64,000 nt of DNA from Styela clava (lineage: Eukaryota), in assembly GCF_964204865.1 (NCBI RefSeq), contig NC_135262.1, positions 15,128,001-15,192,000 of the forward strand, read 5' to 3'. The position numbers were made by a program, and so were the translations under genes. Under the pieces are notes generated by a model. That model searched no databases, was not told the DNA's origin, and was given only the letters and a program-made list of their open reading frames with translations. Positions 1 through 9,418 of the stretch are shown piece after piece. Position 1 is the stretch's first letter. Each line of letters begins with the position of its first letter.

Positions 1-198
1 ATACTTCTCTCCTTTTAACACCATGACTTTGCGATTCGTTTTCACATCCCATATGTTTACGTGTTCACATGAGCCGGCAGCAACATAACGAGTACTGGAA
101 TTCCTCATAGATAAAAACAAAACATTGCACCTTTGGCTTGCAACCACACCAAATTGACTAAATGGTAAATATCGAAGATATTGTTTTGACAATCCCAT
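1..198 (-). CDS. WDR3: WD repeat protein 3 / UTP12 (SSU processome), 5' part; continues beyond the window edge
   Basis: Manual translation from the ATG at 198: MGLSKQYLRYLPFSQFGVVASQRCNVLFLSMRNSSTRYVAAGSCEHVNIWDVKTNRKVMVLKGEKY. This matches the WDR3/Dip2 N-terminus as I recall it (MGLTKQYLRY...FGVI.S....RYVA..ACEHV.IWD). A polypyrimidine-TTTCAG acceptor lies at 216-217. Confidence 0.9.
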   Translation of the reverse strand, partial: MGLSKQYLRYLPFSQFGVVASQRCNVLFLSMRNSSTRYVAAGSCEHVNIWDVKTNRKVMVLKGEKY

Positions 199-532
199 TT
201 TAATTTAATTATCAACTGAAACCAGAAAAATGAAATAGTTCAGATATAGAAGCTCAAAAATCACAAACAATAATAAAGAATGAAAATATTACTAAAGCTA
301 AAAATTAGACGAAAAATCCTTTTCCAAAAATTTATGAATTTCAAATCAATATTCAAAAAATGGCGAAATTTGTATTAGACGTTCTAAGAGAATTTGGAAA
401 GAATCCAAAAAATTGAAATCTACTACCGAGACTTAATAAGCACATGACAATATCATGGAATAATCAGTGTGTGGATGCCATCATTCCATATATTAAACAA
501 AGCATTCTAGAATAATTTCCAAACAACATATA

Positions 533-538
533 TTTATT
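533..538 (-). terminator. candidate polyadenylation signal (AATAAA) of SPG7
   Basis: TTTATT on the plus strand, 210 bp downstream of the SPG7 stop codon. Confidence 0.4.
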
Positions 539-747
539 CTTAAAAATAGATTGAACAAAGTTAATTGCGAACTTTGTCGCAAGTAAATTCTCTGGATATC
601 CTTAGAAGAATGCATTGTGAAAATAAACCATTTGCTCAGAATTTACCTATACAATAGTATCACATAGCAGAAGTGAAAAAATTATATATGGAATTTGAAC
701 AAAGGAACATGGTTATGTCAGACAGGTCTGATGTGATGACAATTTTA

Positions 748-2874
748 TTAGTGTTCTTTAGTTTTATCTCCTTGTAGAGGAGGACCAATTAATTTCACAA
801 TATCATCATAATTTAATACTTCTTTACTTAAAAGTTCTTTTGATAATATATCTAATTTATCCCTGTTGTTTTCAAGCAAGTCAGAAGCACGCTTATGGGC
901 ACTGAACACAGTTTTTTTCACCTCATGGTCCATTGTAGTTTGTAAAGCATTACTATAAGGTCTCACGAATGACTCATCATCACTTGGATAAGATAGATGA
1001 CCGATTGTCGGATTCATTCCATAATACTTAACTTGAGCATATGCCATATCAGTAGCTTTTTTCAAGTCATCTTGTGAGCCTTGTGTCGTAGTTCCAAACA
1101 CTAAATTTTCAGCAGCCCTTCCAGCTAATATCATACTCATAATATCCAGTAATTGAGGCCTGGTTACTAGTTTTCTTTCAATCGGTAAAGTTTGGGTGTA
1201 CCCGAGAGCAGATTTTGTTCTTGGAACAATGGAAATTTTAACTAAGGAATCTGTGTGCTTTGACAGCCATCCAACAAGAGCATGGCCAGCTTCATGAACA
1301 GCTACAATTTTCCTTTCTTCTGTAGAAAGGGAAGATGACTTTTTCGCTGATCCTGCTAACACCCGTTCAAATGCCTGTTCAAAGTGTTTAGTATCAATAT
1401 AAATATCCTTATTCCTTGCAGCACATATAGCAGCTTCGTTACAAACATTGGCAATATCTGCTCCACTCATTCCAGGAGAAAGATCTGATAGTCTTTCAGA
1501 ATAGCTTGTAGAAGGTTTGAATAGTTTCAAATTTTTCATGTGCTGTTCAAAAATTCCTTTACGCTCTATTTTTGTAGGAAGATCAATTGAAATATGTCGG
1601 TCAAACCTACCGGGACGCAGTAATGCTTTGTCCAGCATATCAGCTCGATTCGTCGATGCCATTACTATCACATTGTGCCTGTCGCTAAGCATACCATCCA
1701 TTTCTACCAATATTTGATTTAGTGTCTGATCTTTCTCAGATGAATTGGAACCCATAGATTCTTTTCCAGATCTTTTTGCTCCAACGGCATCCAACTCATC
1801 AATGTAAATTATACAGGGAGCTAAGGATCGTGCTTCCTTGAACAGTTCCCTAACCCTTCTAGCCCCAAATCCACCGATCAGTTCTACAAAATCAGAACCT
1901 GCTTTTGATAGGAAAGGAACATCAGCCTCAGAGGCAACAGCTTTTGCGAGAAGCGTTTTTCCGACTCCTGGAGGACCAGTTAAAAGAATGCCTCGTGGCA
2001 TTTTTGCTCCTAATTTTTCATATTTTTCAGGCTCTTTCAAAAAATGAACAAATTCCATTACTTCTTGTTTTGCTTCTGTGCAACCAGAGACATCTCGGAA
2101 TCTCACACCTGTAGCAACTGTTATTGCAGAACTTTTTGTTGTCATCATATTGGAAAGTCCGCCAGAACTCATTTTGCCTAAGGACTTGAACAATCGTGGG
2201 ACAGCAAAAATAATTAATAAAGCAAATACCAAAAAAGTACCGGTAAGCAAAGCCATGTAATTAATGTCCCAGTACACAAAAAGAATTTTATCTGTTGGAC
2301 TTATTCCCAAATTTTTCTCTGCACTGCGCACCAAACTTTCAAATTCACTCGCACTTTTAATATTCACAACTTTCATAATTGGAATGACAACTTTGCTGCC
2401 TTGATACATGGCATCATTGTGAAGAAAAACTGTCGCAGAATGATTATCAGCCTCTTGATTGATTATTATTCTTTTAACTTCTCCTGATGGAAGCACTTCT
2501 TCAAGGAATTCTTTAATGCTTATGTGGCGGAGATTTGGTGAATTTGAACGATTGAAGGCTATAATACCAGAGATGAATATTGCTGCACTGGTGAGCCAAA
2601 GGATTCGCTTGAATTTTTCATGTGGTGGCTTTTCCCCATTGTCGCTAGTACTATTAGAATTTGTTTGAATTCCATGCTTGGAATAATACGAAACAATTTT
2701 TTTAAAGTTTGGTTCAAGTATAAATACCTGCCGGTTTGTTAAAGGCAGTTTATAGCAGCATTTCTCAATCTCATGTGTGTTAGCTCCAAGAATTCTCCTA
2801 TGTGCTAACAAAAGTATCTTGTCCAATTTTGGAAACAGGCACGCTGTTCTCCACATGAAGCTGCTGAATAACAT
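748..2874 (-). CDS. SPG7: paraplegin, mitochondrial m-AAA protease subunit (FtsH family, peptidase M41), intronless, 708 aa
   Basis: Two N-terminal TM segments, Walker A GPPGVGKT, Walker B IIYIDELD, SRH STNRADMLDKALLRPGRFDR and Zn motif HEAGH. Paraplegin-type signatures: FVELIGGFGARRVR, DRHISIDLPT, ERVLAGSAKKS. Confidence 0.95.
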   Translation of the reverse strand: MLFSSFMWRTACLFPKLDKILLLAHRRILGANTHEIEKCCYKLPLTNRQVFILEPNFKKIVSYYSKHGIQTNSNSTSDNGEKPPHEKFKRILWLTSAAIFISGIIAFNRSNSPNLRHISIKEFLEEVLPSGEVKRIIINQEADNHSATVFLHNDAMYQGSKVVIPIMKVVNIKSASEFESLVRSAEKNLGISPTDKILFVYWDINYMALLTGTFLVFALLIIFAVPRLFKSLGKMSSGGLSNMMTTKSSAITVATGVRFRDVSGCTEAKQEVMEFVHFLKEPEKYEKLGAKMPRGILLTGPPGVGKTLLAKAVASEADVPFLSKAGSDFVELIGGFGARRVRELFKEARSLAPCIIYIDELDAVGAKRSGKESMGSNSSEKDQTLNQILVEMDGMLSDRHNVIVMASTNRADMLDKALLRPGRFDRHISIDLPTKIERKGIFEQHMKNLKLFKPSTSYSERLSDLSPGMSGADIANVCNEAAICAARNKDIYIDTKHFEQAFERVLAGSAKKSSSLSTEERKIVAVHEAGHALVGWLSKHTDSLVKISIVPRTKSALGYTQTLPIERKLVTRPQLLDIMSMILAGRAAENLVFGTTTQGSQDDLKKATDMAYAQVKYYGMNPTIGHLSYPSDDESFVRPYSNALQTTMDHEVKKTVFSAHKRASDLLENNRDKLDILSKELLSKEVLNYDDIVKLIGPPLQGDKTKEH

Positions 2875-3605
2875 TTATTTCCACAAAAAAAGATGACTTA
2901 TGTATAATCAAAACTAAGTCTGCAAAAAGAAGTTGTGATGGAGTGAAAAATAATGAAAATTTCAAAATCAAATGGGTATATATATAATTATATTAGGACT
3001 TCATGTGCTGATATGGTGATGGATGAAACCACCGACTCGCCAGCTAGGGCCATGCATCCAAACATCATATGAATTTGAATGATTAATTGGTAAGGCACCT
3101 ATTCATATAACACTGACCCATATAATATTTCAAATTGATTAGTTAAATCGAAAAATAAACCTATATCGCAATGCAATTATGATTTTGTCAACCTCCAATT
3201 GCTAATATTCTATGTACTCCAACAGCCAATTACAAACTGACCATTAGTTGCATCACATGGCAACTTTCTTTCAGGATGATGTAGTCATATGGAGGTAAAG
3301 AATGAGGAATGACATAAGCAAAAAATATTGATCCAAGTCCATTAGAAGTACTTGTGGCCCTATACTATACCACTACTGCATTAATACCAGACCCAACTCT
3401 TCGACCAACTATTCATCCCAGACGTTTCACCCCACATACTTTTTCGACCCCTATGACTTGTTTTACATGCTCCCTGTGAGTTGTTATAAAACACTAAAAG
3501 GTATAATATATAAAGACATGTATTTTTGGCATAGTTATGGTTGCAGTGGAGGTTATTTCATCGGTATATGTAGATACTCTGGTGAAAATCTGTGGCAAAA
3601 CATCT

Positions 3606-4092
3606 GGGTCTCGTGTAGTTTCGTACCTAACCTACTTCTAGTGGACGTGGCATAACAATTTTTTGATATGATAATCCTAACCCCCATCCGACTACACCAT
3701 CCAAAAATTACATCACCACAATCACGTCATAGAGCTTGTCGAACATACGTACGATCGCCCGAAACAGCATCGGCGCCGACGATAAGAAACTGACTAACGT
3801 CATCGTCATCGATTAATCTCCTATCGGGATCATTGCGACGAGAAAACGAGAGAAATAGCTGTTCGATTTCGGGTGCTCATCTTGGATGCCTTGGATGGCA
3901 GTTCGTATAGTTTGAAGAGCTCTATTACGTCACTGTGACCTCGTAGTGACGCAATCTTTGGATGGCGTAGTCACTGAGTCAGGTGGGGGTTAGGATTAAC
4001 ACATGAAAAATTTTTCATGCTACGTCCCCTAGAAGTATGTTGGGTACAATCAATCAATCAATCAATCAATTTTACAAAACTACATGAAACCC
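3606..4092. mobile_element. MITE with ~130-bp imperfect TIRs (GGG...CCC) and 8-bp TSD
   Basis: TSD AAACATCT at 3598-3605 and 4093-4100. Arms GGGTCTCGTGTAGTTTCGTAC / TTACAAAACTACATGAAACCC. An (ATCA)n microsatellite lies in the right arm at ~4048-4070. A partial related copy is at ~4452-4530. Confidence 0.8.
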
Positions 4093-4548
4093 AAACATCT
4101 GTGAGCGGAAAGTCTATAAACCCTATAGTCCGATAAGTTTAAGTTTATTTCAACTCCATAATCCTGTAATCAGCATAACAGATAGTTGATACCAGTAGTT
4201 GATACAAAAACAAATAAATAAACAAACAAATAAATGAACGTCCATGCTATAAACAGATGGGTATACATTCGGACATTATACTGTTAAATGACACAAGTTA
4301 ACTAAACGCCATTCCATTTTGAAATGATACGTCAGACAGGACCGTATGGCGGCCGGCGGGTATCAGGTACCTGAAGTACGGTACACGACGCAAGTAGGCT
4401 ACTCCTCGTTGGCCTAGCTCAACCACTTTGTCATTTCTCACATGTCATTTCTAAACCCCACCTGAATACGCCATCCAAAAAATTACATCACTCAGTCACT
4501 GCGAAGTCGCAGGTGAGGGTTAGGCGTGAAAATCGTTAGGCGTTTAAA

Positions 4549-4657
4549 TAGGACAGGATAGATATATTTATCCCGGGGGAGAGGAAAGGGACAAGACGGC
4601 TCAATCATACAATCATATGGCGAACCACGGCCTCTCGTACGGTTACCATTCCAGGTC
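4549..4657 (-). mobile_element. tRNA-derived SINE, 3' half (split by the MULE insertion)
   Basis: Reverse complement of the SINE 3' end seen at 33235-33344. It continues at 9189-9418 across the 9-bp TSD. Confidence 0.85.
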
Positions 4658-4663
4658 GGGTTC

Positions 4664-5145
4664 CTTTAATTACCGGAACGGACCCTAAATTACCGGAACG
4701 GGGTGGAAAACATACATAAACCTACCGGAACGGACCCTCAGATGTCTTGCAAATGTCATTTCATATACTTCCATGCAATTTTTATATTAAATCGGCAAAC
4801 TTGGGGGGTACAGTGGTAAATTTAATTTTCTTTAATTACCGGAACGGACCCTAATTTGCCGGAACGGAGTGGAAAACCAACATAAATCTACCGGAACGGA
4901 CCTTTAGATGTCTTGCAAATGTCATTTCATATACTTCCTTGCAATTTTTATAATAAATCGGCAAACTTGGGGGGGACAGTGGTAAAATTAATTTTCTTTA
5001 ATTACCGGAACGGACCCTAATTTGCCGGAACGGAGTGGAAAATCTACATAAACCTACCAGAACGGACTTGTAGATATCTTGCGAAGGACATTTTATGTCC
5101 CTCCAAGCGATTTCCCAAGTGAAATGGGAAAATTGAGGGGGATAG
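4664..5145 (+). repeat. 166-bp tandem subrepeats (~3 units) in the left TIR, mirrored at ~8340-9182
   Basis: Units start CTTTAATTACCGGAACGG at 4664, 4830 and 4996. Each unit has three CCGGAACGG-type motifs. Confidence 0.9.
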
Positions 5146-5916
5146 AATGATAGAAAATAACAATTTCATTTTACGCCACCTAGCGGATGTAAATTGAGCA
5201 ATGAATTCCTGAATCATCTCTTATCAGTATGAATTGATGATAAAAATTGATAATCAAAACCCTCTTACATGTTATTAGTCTTTAATTTTCCTTGTAGATA
5301 AGATAACGTAGTCATAGATTCAGATTGAAACAAATAAAAATTGTTTCCACAAACATTCTTGTGCAGGTATTGTAACTATGTAGCACAACATGAATATCCC
5401 CCTAAATCTGTCATTATTAGAGATGATGTTGTTATTTAAGTTCGTGTCACCCGTAAGACTGCTGTTCCGGCACTGTAATCTACCTTGATAGATTGCATAT
5501 TGCTTCGTGTCCATATATTTAAGCATCGTCCTCTTGTTTACCTACATACATACAAATCTGATCCTCTAAAATGACTCCTTCAAAATTTACTAATATGCTA
5601 TTGACTTAGCTGCAGATTGTTAATTTCCCCACTAGGTCTCGAAATTTATACGCAAAATATAAAACGTGCTTTCTTATAATTTTTCACCAACTTAAACGTA
5701 GGAACTCATGCTCAAATTCGTTCTGCCAGTGGAGGTTTTTGTATTTTACAAGAGTAGAAAAAAATAGAAAAAATACAACAAAAAAATGAATAGACAAAAA
5801 TAGAATATTGATAACTAACTAACGGGAAGTGGGAACGATTAAAAATATTCAAAAAAAAGGAAAGAACCGAAGAAATGAAAGAATAAACAAAACACGAGAA
5901 ATGCGTAAAATTCAAC

Positions 5917-7008
5917 TTAGTTTTTGTTTCTTGTCTTGAGTTTCTTTACAGTTCGGGTTTTTTCGGATCGAAGTCGTTTTCTTTGACACGTTTTTTTGCC
6001 ACCAGATGAATTTACTCCGATCATTACCATTCCATCCGATGACAGCAACGATTTTCGTTGATTAATTGAAGAGGAGGTAAGAAATCTTTTTAGTAAATTT
6101 AATTTTTCTTCTTTTGATTTCCCAAAATATTTGTTTGGGGCAATGAAAAAATGATTAAACTCAGTTGCCAGACGGTAATTGCCTACTCCAATAAGCGCAC
6201 GCTCCACATCTTTATATTGGGCTTTTGTGTGAGCAATCAGCCGCTCTATGAGAATATCTATGTTTGTAGATTTCCAATCAATCATGTGCTTGAGTACGTG
6301 GTTCATACTTTCCGTGTTGTTGTTAGTCCAGTGTGCGCTAAGCTGTTTGTTCTTTGTTACGCAAAAAATACCCTTTTTTATCAGCGGTAAAACCCGTCTT
6401 ACCAAATAATTCCTCAATGACGGGTTTTCTGTATTGTGTAGTAGATCCGAAGTCTTTGTTGCAAATGATTCTTCATTTTCAGTTGTTATTATCCCTGTAC
6501 GTCCAAAGATGGTCGCATTAATGCGTCTTCTTTCGCTCACATTCAGCCCCACTTTATTTTTCATAAATTCCTCGACATTACTCTTCAAATGACGAGAGCA
6601 TATTATATTAGTTGAATCAGGCAAGTTTTCAGAGATTGATTTACGCATAGCTTTTTCATCATCAGTTCCTATTGTCAGTAATTTTGTATCAACGTCGTTT
6701 AAAGCACCGGAAAGTAATGAGAAAAATTGTATAACTTGATGATTGTCTAACAAACATTGCAACGATTTGGTCAAGTAAGGGCGACCTGCTAACATCCGTA
6801 ACGCCATGTCGTAATCGAACTTTTGATTCGGGCACAAGCACCTTGCACATAAAAAGTGCATGTCTTTCTTGCTCCATACTTCCATGACTTTTGGTTGTTC
6901 TCCAAGACAGGAAGCATGTGTCCAGGTCTCACACATTTCACATTCAATGCACTCGTCAATGCATTCAATGGAACAGGTGGCACATGGGTATCTCAATGCA
7001 CTAGACAT
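5917..7008 (-). CDS. PHD finger fused to the C-terminal part of a MULE DDE transposase (363 aa, probably internally deleted)
   Basis: C9xxC12...C23xxC26-x4-H31xxC34...C54xxC57 PHD pattern. GTDDEKA (second catalytic D), CSRH (MULE CxxH) and WTNNNTESMNH (catalytic E). Basic C-terminal NLS-like tract. Splice acceptor at 7047-7048, upstream of the ATG. Confidence 0.8.
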   Translation of the reverse strand: MSSALRYPCATCSIECIDECIECEMCETWTHASCLGEQPKVMEVWSKKDMHFLCARCLCPNQKFDYDMALRMLAGRPYLTKSLQCLLDNHQVIQFFSLLSGALNDVDTKLLTIGTDDEKAMRKSISENLPDSTNIICSRHLKSNVEEFMKNKVGLNVSERRRINATIFGRTGIITTENEESFATKTSDLLHNTENPSLRNYLVRRVLPLIKKGIFCVTKNKQLSAHWTNNNTESMNHVLKHMIDWKSTNIDILIERLIAHTKAQYKDVERALIGVGNYRLATEFNHFFIAPNKYFGKSKEEKLNLLKRFLTSSSINQRKSLLSSDGMVMIGVNSSGGKKTCQRKRLRSEKTRTVKKLKTRNKN

Positions 7009-8650
7009 AGCGTAGTAGGCTGTCTTTTGACGTTTGCGTTGAATATCTGAACCAGGAAATGGAACTCTTAGTTAAAAGTAATAAAGGTATATTTGATATC
7101 GACTAGTACAATTAAAAATTATCATTCTGACTCATTCATATATTATATACATTCAAGATCTTAGCGTTTTGCAACAAAGACACTTCTAAAATATGGACAC
7201 CATTTCCTCATTCGAAGTAAACTTCAATAAATATATTAATCCTTATATAAAATACAAGTTATCTGAGCTAGCAAAAGTTGTACATACCGATAAAATCGTC
7301 GAACTGGCTTGGTATTCTATCCTTGGCACGTTGATGGAGAAGATATAAAAACTAGGAGTACAATTACAAGAATCGTAAATAATCTGCTTTAAATTCCTGA
7401 TGCTAATAGTTCGAATATTAATTCGAAATGGCACATAGGTCGCTTTTCTGTCGCAAAGAAATCTCCGGCCATGACGAACAGCCCAGCGCCAGTCCTGCTG
7501 CATTTCAACTTTGGAGGCTTTGAACTTTGAACCGTCCTCGCTATAAAGGCAATAGCGACAATCGTTTTCAACTCGTGGTCAACTCTCGCATTTTCCTATG
7601 CTGAAATTTTAAATTCAAGTATTTTGTCAAATATGTTAACGTTATTGATATATTAAAACATTTATGTATGGTTTTATATATTTACCGATATATATATATA
7701 TATATCACATATATATCATATATAAATATATATCACAAATATTTCATATTTGATGAAATACAACGACATCCCCACTTTCATCATAACTTAAGGTCACGTA
7801 CTTCAACCAGTTCCAATATAAAATGTTTAGCTACATAGTTACAATGCCTGCACAAGAATTTTGTGGAAACAATTTTTAGCATAATAGTAAATTTTGAGAG
7901 AAGTCATTTTAGAGGATCAGATTTGTATGTATGTAGGTAAACAAGAGGACGATGCTCAAATATATGGACACGAAGCAATATGCAATCTATCACGGTAGAT
8001 TACAGTGCCAGAACGGCAGTCTTTACGGCTGACAGGAACACGAACCAAAATAACAACATTATTTTTAATAATGACAGATTTAGGTGGATATTCATGTTGT
8101 GCTACATAGTTGCAACACCTGCTCAAGAATGTTTGTGGAAACAATTTTTATTTGTTTCAATCTGAATCTATGACTACGTTATCTTATCGACAAGGAAAAT
8201 TAAAGGCTAATAACATGTAAGAAAGTTTTGATTATCGATTTTTATCATCAATTCATATTGATAAGAGATGATTTAGGAATTCATTGCTCAATTTACATCC
8301 GCTAGGTGGCGTAAAATGAAATTGTTATTTTCTATCATTCTATCCCCCTCAATTTTCCCATTTTACTTGGGAAATCGCTTGGAGAGACATAAAATGTCCT
8401 TCGCAAGATATCTACAAGTTCGTTCCGGTAGGTTTATGTAGGTTTTCCACTCCGTTCCGGCAATTTAGGGTCCGTTCCTGTAATTAAAGAAAATTAATTT
8501 TACCACCGTCCCCCCCAAGTTTGCCGATTTATTATAAAAATTGCAAGGAAGTATATGAAATGACATTTGCAAGACATCTAAAGGTCCGTTCCGGTAGGTT
8601 TATGTTGATTTTCCACTCCGTTCCGGCAAATTAGGATCCGTTCCGGTAAT

Positions 8651-8988
8651 CTGGCAACGGGCTATGCGTTAGGAATACGCTCGCCACCGCACCTCTAATT
8701 ACTCTGCGTGGGTTCGCAGGTTCGAATCCCATGCAGGGATGGTTATGTGCGAGAGGATTGCTGGACTCCTCGCCGTCGTTGGGTGGTTCACGTAACCGCT
8801 GGTCGGTTACGGCTTCTTCCACCACCAAGTCCATGCTTCCGAAAACAAACAATACAGTAAAACTAATCCCATACCGGTACCCGACTTGGAATGGTAACCG
8901 GACGAGAGGCTGTGGTACGCCATATGGATAAGCCGTCTTATCAGCTTTCCTCTCCCCCCGGGATAAATATGTAAATCCTATCCTATCC
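8651..8988 (+). mobile_element. tRNA-derived SINE inserted in the right TIR of the MULE
   Basis: B box GGTTCGAATCCC at ~8719-8730, (ATCCT)n tail and TAAT duplicated at the junctions. Absent from the left TIR. Nearly identical to 33002-33344. Confidence 0.9.
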
Positions 8989-9188
8989 TAATTAAAGAAA
9001 ATTAAATTTTACACTGTACCCCCCCCCCCCCCCAAGTTTGCCGATTTAATACAAAAATTGCATGGAAGTATATGAGATGACATTTGCAAGACATCTAAAG
9101 GTCCGTTCCGGTAGGTTTATGTATGTTTTCCACCCCGTTCCGGTCCGTTCCGGTAATTTAGGGTCCGTTCCGGTAATTAAAGGAACCG

Positions 9189-9418
9189 TTCCAGGTCGGC
9201 TATGGAATTGGTTAGACAGTTATTTGTTTTCGGAAGCATGGACTTGGTGGTGGAGGAAGCCGTAACCGACCAGCGGTTACGTGAACCACGCAACGACGGC
9301 GAGGAGTCCAGCAATCCTTTCGCACATAACCATCCCTGCGAACCCACGCAGAGTAATTAGAGGTGCGGCGGCGAGCGTATTCCTAACACTTAGGCCGTTG
9401 AGCCCCATCGCCGCGCCA
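9189..9418 (-). mobile_element. tRNA-derived SINE, 5' half (host of the MULE); B box deleted
   Basis: Collinear with the SINE at 33002-33240. The B box is lost by deletion between CCTGC direct repeats. Confidence 0.85.

Larger units (their letters stand above)
4658..9188 (-). mobile_element. Mutator-like (MULE/Foldback/Rehavkus-type) DNA transposon with ~950-bp structured TIRs
   Basis: 9-bp TSD TTCCAGGTC at 4649-4657 and 9189-9197. TIRs 4658-5600 and 7877-9188 (the right TIR is interrupted by a SINE). The internal ORF carries MULE motifs. Confidence 0.9.

Noticed and set aside
1517-2668. Short plus-strand ORFs overlapping SPG7
   Set aside because: They are antisense shadows of the real CDS with no recognisable motifs.
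748-2874. Bacterial ftsH acquired horizontally, or contamination
   Set aside because: It has paraplegin-specific residues, an N-terminal extension compatible with mitochondrial targeting, an upstream splice acceptor and eukaryotic neighbours.
4664-5070. CRISPR-like regularly spaced CCGGAACGG repeats
   Set aside because: The spacers are themselves repeated with a 166-bp period and mirrored in the opposite TIR. There are no cas genes and the context is eukaryotic.
8631-9265. Short ORFs repeated at 8631-8931 and 32990-33227, and at 5320-5526/7980-8165
   Set aside because: They are translations of SINE and TIR sequence; the similarity reflects the repeats, not conserved proteins.
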